From assembly GCA_013349585.1 (NCBI GenBank), contig DUZG01000001.1, positions 3,499-67,498 on the forward strand: a stretch of DNA of 64,000 bases. Reading direction: 5' to 3'. Under the pieces are notes generated by a model, which was not told the origin of the DNA, did no database searches, and was given only the letters and a program-made list of their open reading frames with translations. The position numbers were made by a program, and so were the translations under genes. Source of the DNA: Nitrospinota bacterium (GTDB taxonomy: Bacteria > Nitrospinota > Nitrospinia > Nitrospinales > VA-1). Positions 57,137 to 64,000 of this stretch are shown here, in pieces; position 1 is the first letter of the stretch, and each line of letters opens with the position of its first letter.

Positions 57137-58950
57137 TCATACAACAATACCGCTTGCGATGATGGCGGTGAAAACCCACTTTTTCTTAAAAGAAAAATAT
57201 AGCCAACCATTACCAGCAGGATCAATAACGTCCATCTTTGATTCGATATCTACTCTTTCCATTCCAATGAAGTCAGATTTTTCAGCGAGTCCATAGCATC
57301 GCGTCCACCGGAGCGGAAGAACCGGATCATGTCGGCTTGATGGTTGACGGAATAACGGATGATATAACGCTGCCAGTTCATCCGTAGGAGGTCGAGGGCT
57401 TGTTTCAGGGGGTTGAGTTGCGGGACAGCTGCTTGCCGAAGCATCTGGCGGGGTTCGGTCAAACACCGCCCAGCTCACTCCAGCTAGGTAAGCTTCGACC
57501 CAGGAATGGGCATGGCTTTGGGACTATAAGGTGATTTCCCCATTCGTGCCATTCGGCACCCACAAAACCGTTGACCAGTCGGGCGGGCACACCGGCTGCC
57601 CGAAGCAGGATGACCATATCAGAAGCAAAACATTCGCTGTGCCCTTCTTTTCTACTAAATAGAAAATGTTCCAGCGCGGTTTTATCGGGGTCGTTTTTCA
57701 TTTCCAGCGTATAAGCAAAATTGCTGAAATGATTGAGAATGTTAAACGCTTTTTCTCGAGCTGAATTGGCAGAATAGGTCAGTTTTGCCGCTAAAATTTT
57801 TGTTGCTGTACTGATTTTTGGAGGTTGCAAAAACCGTTCAGGAAAAACAGTTTCATCGGGATGTGGAAGCTCAAGATTGTAGGTTCTATTCGGATCAGAT
57901 ATTTCAGAGGTTAGCCTATATTTTTTGGGGCCAGACTGCGCACGACCGGTTTTTAAAACGAATCCTTGATCCATGTTCAGTCTTGTGAAATTTCCATCGA
58001 CAAAAACGGGGATGCCATGTGTGAACAAATATGGAATATCAAAGGATTCCATACAAACGATTTACTCAACCACCTCGGTGGGTCGAGATACCTTGAAGAG
58101 GCTGAGTCCATGTCCCGGTTTATTTGACAGACTGAATCCGTTGTTCAAGGTGGGGTTCCAGGTCTTACCGTTGTAATGGTCCAACACCACGCCGCGCCAG
58201 TGGATGTGAGATTTGGGCCGGTAAGGCTGACCGTTTCGGGTATATTCAACGCGCATCACCACCGATGAGTTTTGTTTTATTTTGCCGACATCCCCGAGTG
58301 TGACAACATCCGAAAACCCGGTGATACGGGGAGAAGACGTGTTCAAGGCGATGAAGATGACAGCAGTCATTATAAAACTGAGAGCAACCAGTCCGGTGGC
58401 CCATCCTAGTAAGGTTTTATTGAGCTTCTGATTTTTACCACGGTTTTTAAATAGTTTGGGTGGACTGCGACTGCTAACTTGTTCCGCCATCAGGTGGTAA
58501 GAAATCAGACACCAACTCAACACCAGATAAAAGCTGAGAAAAACAAGACCGAAGGCCAGATCCTAGACGTAAAGGGCTCCGATTAAAAGGCAGACGATAG
58601 CAATGAGATAGCCGAACAGATATCGTTGAATTCTGTTTTAAAAATGAAGTGGGTATAAAGAAGGTAGACTAGGAACCCTGATATTAGATTAAGAATGGGT
58701 AAGCCAAATCCAAGGTAGAGTGAAATCACCAACAGCAAGCCCCAGCTAGAACTTGGAAATTTTTTGAGGGAGCGACACGAATCGTTGCAAGATATTCTAA
58801 CGTGTAACAATAGATCAATCCGGCAATAAGAATTCCTCCCGTAAAGACAGAAAAAATCTCACTCAACGTCAGACAGGTCAGGGCCAATCCGGCGAAGAGG
58901 TAGTTGCTGATGAGGAATCCGGTACGAAGGTTCAGGCTGAAGTTTGACAA
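57137..58950 (-). pseudogene. TgpA-like transglutaminase (N-terminal multi-TM region plus transglutaminase core plus C-terminal domain), fragmented
   Basis: At least five overlapping or abutting fragments cover it. TM pieces are at 58726-58950 and 58583-58810, with an in-frame TAG near 58560. The 58062-58523 piece is a linker and beta region. The 57459-58052 piece carries the core GHSECFASDMVILLRAAGVPARLVNGFVGAEWHEWGNHLIV. After that the frame must shift to read SWAVFDRTPP (57137-57478) and again for NPLKQALDLLRMNWQRYIIRYS (57250-57462). Confidence 0.75.
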
Positions 58951-59062
58951 TCGAAATCCTATTATCTAGAATGATTTCTTTTTAAATATCTTAGTCGGTT
59001 GCAACCGACTAAGAATTATTTTAAATATTCCAATATTATCGCTAATTTTATCTGGAGGTTCC

Positions 59063-59617
59063 ATGAACATTTTTGTAAAAGGCATTGCCGCAAGTTTAAT
59101 GGGAGTATTAATGACCGGGACTGCCGCGCAAGGTGAGGAAATAGCGGTTATAGAAACCACCTTGGGAAATATTGAGCTGGAATTTCTAGATGATCTAGCT
59201 CCAGGTCACACAAAAAACTTCAAAGACCTGGCTAATAAAGGGTTTTATGACGGAACCATTTTTCATCGGGTGATTCCTGGATTCATGATCCAAGGTGGCG
59301 ATCCAAACTCTAAAAGTGAAGACCGTTCAAGTCATGGTACGGGTGGGCCGGGCTATACGATTAATTCGGAGTTCAATGATACGCCGCATGACCGTGGCAT
59401 TCTTTCCATGGCGCGCTCGCAAGACCCGAACAGTGCAGGCTCTCAGTTTTATATTGTGGTAAAAGACTCTCACTTTCTTGATGGTCAATACACAGCATTT
59501 GGTAAAGTGATCAGTGGAATGGATGTGGCGGATAAGATCGTTAACTCTCCTCGTGACTCCGCTGATAACCCGAACGAACGGATAGAAATGAAGTCCGTGA
59601 AAATTGTAAGCAAGTAG
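59063..59617 (+). CDS. Cyclophilin-type peptidyl-prolyl cis-trans isomerase, secreted
   Basis: Signal peptide, then the motifs FHRVIPGFMIQGGDP, LSMARS..PNSAGSQFYIV and YTAFGKVISGMDV. Confidence 0.9.
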   Translation: MNIFVKGIAASLMGVLMTGTAAQGEEIAVIETTLGNIELEFLDDLAPGHTKNFKDLANKGFYDGTIFHRVIPGFMIQGGDPNSKSEDRSSHGTGGPGYTINSEFNDTPHDRGILSMARSQDPNSAGSQFYIVVKDSHFLDGQYTAFGKVISGMDVADKIVNSPRDSADNPNERIEMKSVKIVSK

Positions 59618-59631
59618 CCGAGGATACTACT

Positions 59632-59673
59632 CTCCCCCCTTCAAAAGGAGGGGCAGGGGAGGGTTGGTTTTTT
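59632..59673 (+). terminator. Putative rho-independent terminator after the cyclophilin gene
   Basis: A C-rich / G-rich hairpin (CCCCTTC-AAAA-GGAGGGG, which outer CTCCCC/GGGGAG pairing can extend) is followed by GGTTGGTTTTTT. It shares the GGGGAGGGTT motif with the hairpin at 7764-7818. Confidence 0.5.
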
Positions 59674-59785
59674 ATAGTTGTTCGCCAATCGTCAATATCT
59701 CGACCCTTACCAGTCTCCCCTCGTAAGCACCCGTTGGGTGACGGGGAGGGAATATTTGAAATTCTTCTTTGATACAGGAAATAGA

Positions 59786-60142
59786 ATGGAAACCGAATGT
59801 AAGATTAATGTTTACGAGATCATGGGAACCTCGACTCCAGCGGGTAGAACGTCGGAGTCTGGGGAGCCTTCAGGGGAAACGATAAGAAACCTCATAATAG
59901 AGAACTGGGAAAAGCATGAAAAGCTTTCGATCTATTTCGAAGGGGTGATGCAAATGACCAGGCCTTTTGTCGATGAGGCCTTTGCCAAAGTGCTTGAGGT
60001 TTATTCTTTAGATCAGTTCAATCAGAAACTGCATTTCCCCGATGCCAACGATCGAATCGTAAAAAGTTTGAACGATGCGATTAAATTGCGGATAAAGATT
60101 ATCAAAATGCATAAGGACCGCGCAGAAGAGGAAGCTTTGTAA
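59786..60142 (+). CDS. STAS-like DUF4325 domain protein
   Basis: LSIYFEGVMQMTRPFVDEAFAKVLEVYSLDQFNQKLHFPDANDRIVKSLNDAI fits the DUF4325 pattern as I recall it (x-ldF-xGV-x-it-sF-xDE-f-xkl...). I prefer ATG 59786, which has an AGGAAA RBS, over the TTG at 59678. Confidence 0.55.
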   Translation: METECKINVYEIMGTSTPAGRTSESGEPSGETIRNLIIENWEKHEKLSIYFEGVMQMTRPFVDEAFAKVLEVYSLDQFNQKLHFPDANDRIVKSLNDAIKLRIKIIKMHKDRAEEEAL

Positions 60143-60155
60143 ATAAAACTTCGTT

Positions 60156-60758
60156 CTATTTCAACGTGGTTTTTGCTACGTCTTCTATGAAAGGATTGAG
60201 AAAGGCTGGAATTGCCTCCGCATTCTGAACCGTGTAGACACGGTTGTGTGAAGTGACAGGTTCATCTACTATAATGGCTTTTGCGCCTTCCAATTCCTTG
60301 ATGGCTTTTTTGTTTCCAGGCTCTGTCGTAACCTCCAGATTTTGAAGCAGTTCAGCTTTTCCTAAACAGGGCACGGCACTGCCGATGGCGGCAACTACCA
60401 TTTTAGATCGGTGACGATCATTGAGAACAAGTCGCACTAACTCGTCTTTCCATAAGTAGGATCTTGCACCGTTCCCACCTATTACGATGACCCCATGAAA
60501 AACTCCCTTGATTTGCCGTACTCCTTTGGCTGCGGAAACATAACTGTCCCCAGTGATGCCTTCAATGGCATCGACGATCAATACATCGGGGGTGGTGCGA
60601 CCGCCTTTCATACCTACCGCTTCTTTTAGTTTATTGGATGCGACCATGGCAGTAGCTCCCTCCGATTTCATAGCTTCAAGAACCGGATCGAGTTCGCTCT
60701 CCATATAATAATCTTTGGGAATGATGATCAGTATATTCTTTCCTACAAGCCGCTCCAT
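60156..60758 (-). CDS. DJ-1/PfpI-fold protein apparently lacking the nucleophile cysteine
   Basis: The layout is KNILIIIP...VIVIGGNGA...KMVVAAIGSAVPCLGKAELL...VTS. The position of the conserved 'aaIC.gp' Cys is Gly here. Confidence 0.5.
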   Translation of the reverse strand: MERLVGKNILIIIPKDYYMESELDPVLEAMKSEGATAMVASNKLKEAVGMKGGRTTPDVLIVDAIEGITGDSYVSAAKGVRQIKGVFHGVIVIGGNGARSYLWKDELVRLVLNDRHRSKMVVAAIGSAVPCLGKAELLQNLEVTTEPGNKKAIKELEGAKAIIVDEPVTSHNRVYTVQNAEAIPAFLNPFIEDVAKTTLK

Positions 60759-60761
60759 ATT

Positions 60762-62558
60762 TTAATGCCCTTCAAAATTAAAGCCTGAGTTTTTATTTTG
60801 GTTTCCAGTCTTGGAGTCTAGCATAAAGCGGTAAAGGAGAAACCCGTTTTTTGAGGAGAGTTGTTCCCCATGCAGGTTTAGAAAGTTTTTAAATATTGCT
60901 CTTTCACCTATTGTCAGTGCGGAATTTTTTCCAAATACGTAATTAAAGTTGAACAGGGCATGGTTAATGCCTCGGGTCTGCAGTCGATTTGCTATGTCGG
61001 CCGCATAGACTCCTTTGTCAATAACTTCAGTCAAGGTCTGGGCAAAAGCATCGTTATAGAAAGGTTGATTCATTAAGTATCCCAGGTTTTTCATGTCAAT
61101 CAGCATGACCCTGTCTTTTTCCGTCAATATTTTATTGGCGTCCTGATAGGCAGGGTAAGCCCTGATTTGCCGTGTTAAAAATTGTTCTCGATTTTCCTTG
61201 TTGAGAAGGTAAGAAAGCGGCTCAATGCGAAACCATTCCTTCATTATTAAGGAAGTATTGAAAAACAAACCAAGAGCCAGAACCGTTGTTAAAAAAAACT
61301 TTTCGCTTTTCCCAGTACCGTTTTGCTGGAATAGTTGTTTGAGTCCACTGACCATTAGCACCGAAAGGAAAGCAAATGCAGGTGCAAGAAGGCTAATGGT
61401 TTGCGTCTGGACAAACCAGAAGACCAGCAGCACCAAAAATACAATAACTACAGGGTGAGACTCGCGACGCAAACCCAAAAGAGCAGGCAATAGCAATAAA
61501 TAAAGGATGCCAATTTGACCATTGAATGGGAAGGAATGCAGTTCGCTGAAAATGGTCAGGTTGATGGGGAAGGACAAAGAATCTATAAAAAATAGCGGAT
61601 TGCCGGTAAAAAAATAATTTCTCGCCAGCCAGGGAGAAAGCATCAGCAAAGAACCCAGTATTAGCAAAAAGCACTGGCCTGCCGTCTGGCTCGTTTTTTT
61701 ATGACTACGACCGTGAATAGCGAGCCCTAAGAATGCCAGGGGCAGAATGATGATAGTAGTAAGTTGGGTCGCCACCGCGGCACCGGCAAACAGAGTCATT
61801 AAAAAGAACCAGGCCGGTTGTTTTCGTGTGCATCCGTTTTCCCATGAATAAAAAGCCAGAAAAACATAGGCCGCTGCTTGTAGATCGACATAAGCAGAAG
61901 AGGCCACACTGAAAAAAGTAGGAGTTGAAATAAAAATTAGCGGGGTCAGCCACGCATAACTTTTGCCAACTTTTTTTCTGGAGTATTGCCAGAGAGCGAA
62001 TAAAAGCAGAAAGGCAACTCCTAATCCGGTGAGCTGTGCCAGCGAATCGGAACCCAGGGCCAAAGCAAAAAGGTAAAGCATTTCTATTTGCTGAGGGAAA
62101 AAGGAATAGATGTTGTTGGGCAGATTAACCAATTCCCCAGCTTGCAGGAAAGCTTTCGGGACGGCTAGATGATAGACTAAAGCATCGGTTGCAAACGCAG
62201 GAGCCAGGGCCAGCCCTATAGAAAGAAAAACGAGGAGCCCCAGAAACGACTGCGCCATATTTTTTAATCCGTCATCCTCCATAGGTTGCTGGCTACTGAA
62301 AATATTCAAGACCTGCTTCAGGTGTAGTAAATTTTTCCAGCCGACGAGTAAAAAAACTCCAAGAATAACCCAGCAGACCGTAGAGCTTATGCCGCCAGAA
62401 AAAGCCAAGGCTGTAATAATGGCTGAGATTAGAATGGAGCCTAGCGCGGTGGAAAACAAAAATGCTTCGCCGGGTCCGGAGAATTTTAGTTTGCTTGTGA
62501 GGATCTGGCCGGAATTATTGAAAGCCAGAAAAATTAGGAGAAAAAGTATGAAATCCAT
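60762..62558 (-). CDS. Polytopic membrane protein, GT-C-fold glycosyltransferase candidate with a soluble C-terminal domain
   Basis: More than 10 TM helices. The first-loop motif ATDALVYHLAVPK resembles ESDAIWYHIRG of the 27489 gene. Confidence 0.45.
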   Translation of the reverse strand: MDFILFLLIFLAFNNSGQILTSKLKFSGPGEAFLFSTALGSILISAIITALAFSGGISSTVCWVILGVFLLVGWKNLLHLKQVLNIFSSQQPMEDDGLKNMAQSFLGLLVFLSIGLALAPAFATDALVYHLAVPKAFLQAGELVNLPNNIYSFFPQQIEMLYLFALALGSDSLAQLTGLGVAFLLLFALWQYSRKKVGKSYAWLTPLIFISTPTFFSVASSAYVDLQAAAYVFLAFYSWENGCTRKQPAWFFLMTLFAGAAVATQLTTIIILPLAFLGLAIHGRSHKKTSQTAGQCFLLILGSLLMLSPWLARNYFFTGNPLFFIDSLSFPINLTIFSELHSFPFNGQIGILYLLLLPALLGLRRESHPVVIVFLVLLVFWFVQTQTISLLAPAFAFLSVLMVSGLKQLFQQNGTGKSEKFFLTTVLALGLFFNTSLIMKEWFRIEPLSYLLNKENREQFLTRQIRAYPAYQDANKILTEKDRVMLIDMKNLGYLMNQPFYNDAFAQTLTEVIDKGVYAADIANRLQTRGINHALFNFNYVFGKNSALTIGERAIFKNFLNLHGEQLSSKNGFLLYRFMLDSKTGNQNKNSGFNFEGH

Positions 62559-62635
62559 CAGCGGGAATTCAAAAATGCAGTTCTAGATGAGTTAGCCAGA
62601 CTTAACAAAAGAAGAAACGTGATGGTAAATAGATT

Positions 62636-63802
62636 TTAGTTTGCAACTCCACTGGTTTCCTTGTTTGTAAATAACGAAAACTCTTCACTGGCTTCTTTGT
62701 AATCATCGAACCAAGCGGCATCCGGATTTCTATAGAAGGCCAAAAAGCGAGCGTTATCTTCCTCGTTTGCTGCACGTGCATATTTGAAGAAAATTTGATC
62801 TTCAGTCATTCCCACCACTTCTATTTTTCCCGACTCATGGGACATGACAAGACGAGCCCTTTTAGCAAGGCCGGAACAACGTATTCGTGCCTTTTCAAAA
62901 ATTTCATAACCCTTTTCAATGGGAATAGAATAGGTCTCGTTACCGAGAGTCGGGCGACACAAAAATACATAGTATGGCGGAACACCTATGAAAGAAAGTT
63001 TGGAGAATAGTTCGGCCAGCACATCGGGATCGTCGTTGACTCCTTTTACCATAGGTGTCTGGTTGACCAGTGAGACTCCCGCATCCATCAAAGCGTTGAG
63101 TCCCTCAATCGCCTGCGGCGTAAGTTCCCGTGGATGATTGAAATGCGCCATGACGTAGATTTTCTTTTCGCTGGTGCTGTATTTGCGGAACATTTCAAGC
63201 AAAGACGGATCGTTTAAGATACGAAACGGATTAAAGGCCGGAACCTTGGTGCCTATACGAATGATCTTCACATGATCAATTTCGCGGAACTGTTTGATAA
63301 TTGGTTCCAGTTTGCTGGTGGAAAGGATCAAAGGATCACCGCCCGTTAGCAAAACATTATTGATTTCCTTGTTATTTTTTATGTACTCCAAACCTGCGCT
63401 AATATCTTTGGTGACTTCATCATTCTCGTTCATAAACAGCCGTTTACGAAAACAGAAGCGACAATAAGCAGCACAGACTTCATTGACCAGCAATAATGCA
63501 GTCGAGGTATATTTATGCTCTAAACCGTGGACTTTTGTGTATTTTTCTTCATTAGAAGCATCAAGTTCACCCCATTCATTTAACTCTTCGACATCGGGCA
63601 TAATAATGCGCTTAATGGGGTCGTTTGGGTCGTCCCAATCGATCAGAGACTGATAATAGTCATTGGTGCGGAAAACAAACTTATCATTCACTTTCTGCAT
63701 ATCCTCACGTTCTGAATCGGACAATTGAGGAATCTGCTCAAGTTTCGTTAGATATTTGATTTTTTTAAATTGTGAACTGAGGTGTTTGAGTAAAGCATTC
63801 AT
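62636..63802 (-). CDS. KamA-family radical SAM protein (lysine 2,3-aminomutase-like)
   Basis: Motifs: LLLVNEVCAAYCRFCFRKR (CxxxCxxC), LLTGGDPL, IRIGTKVP, HFNHPRE. Confidence 0.8.
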   Translation of the reverse strand: MNALLKHLSSQFKKIKYLTKLEQIPQLSDSEREDMQKVNDKFVFRTNDYYQSLIDWDDPNDPIKRIIMPDVEELNEWGELDASNEEKYTKVHGLEHKYTSTALLLVNEVCAAYCRFCFRKRLFMNENDEVTKDISAGLEYIKNNKEINNVLLTGGDPLILSTSKLEPIIKQFREIDHVKIIRIGTKVPAFNPFRILNDPSLLEMFRKYSTSEKKIYVMAHFNHPRELTPQAIEGLNALMDAGVSLVNQTPMVKGVNDDPDVLAELFSKLSFIGVPPYYVFLCRPTLGNETYSIPIEKGYEIFEKARIRCSGLAKRARLVMSHESGKIEVVGMTEDQIFFKYARAANEEDNARFLAFYRNPDAAWFDDYKEASEEFSLFTNKETSGVAN

Positions 63803-64000
63803 CGATCCACCTCCCTATAAAAGAGTTAACATTATGTTTTTCATTGAGTTCCTCCCACATAACCACTCAAACAAGCAAAACAAATCGCCTTCCTCAAAAT
63901 AGAGAAAAAATAGAACATTAAATTCTTTGGAGGGGATTGTAAGTACAAGGCTTACTACTAACATTAGCCTTGTAGAATGTGGACTCAAACTTATATTCAA

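Noticed and set aside
63815-64000. 61-aa minus-strand ORF at the window edge.
   Set aside because: It is hydrophobic and low-complexity, with no RBS or recognisable motif. It lies in the likely promoter region of the KamA-family gene.

Overview
By eye this is an AT-rich bacterial chromosomal segment, almost fully coding. I found no rRNA, tRNA or CRISPR array.

Intact housekeeping genes:
- nrdJ (3' part), an MqnC-type futalosine radical-SAM enzyme, and a cobA/hemD fusion in a pdxA-rsmA-cobA/hemD operon
- pckA, and prfB with its canonical +1 frameshift site
- mobB/mobA-moeA lying divergent to a copper nitrite reductase, nirK
- an hpnA-like epimerase, three PPIases and an outer-membrane porin

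The gene content (NirK, Mo-bisMGD cofactor genes, futalosine pathway, class II RNR) suggests a nitrite-metabolising chemolithotroph. That is inference only.

The most unusual content:
1. A ~21 kb envelope/protein-glycosylation supercluster (19.9-41.3 kb). It holds four GT2 modules (three free-standing genes plus the C-terminal domain of the fusion protein), two GT4 (one frameshifted), three GT-C-type membrane transferases, DUF2304, a flippase-like protein, two SDR enzymes, methyltransferases and a B12-radical-SAM enzyme. One 1124-aa protein fuses a GT-C-like membrane domain, TPR repeats and a GT2 domain. Two more GT-C-like genes lie elsewhere in the window.
2. A 1159-aa protein with no signal peptide, made of two NHL beta-propellers separated by ~580 aa of helical sequence.
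3. A high density of decayed accessory genes, about 8.9 kb or ~14% of the window. Several are interrupted only by in-frame stop codons.
4. Diverged ~96-bp gene-relic repeats flanking a nonsense-interrupted TMTC-like gene.
5. A tandem pair of 65-aa two-TM paralogues.
6. A perfect 2 x 28-bp tandem repeat upstream of the porin gene.

All family assignments rest on motifs read from the translations. No database search was possible.
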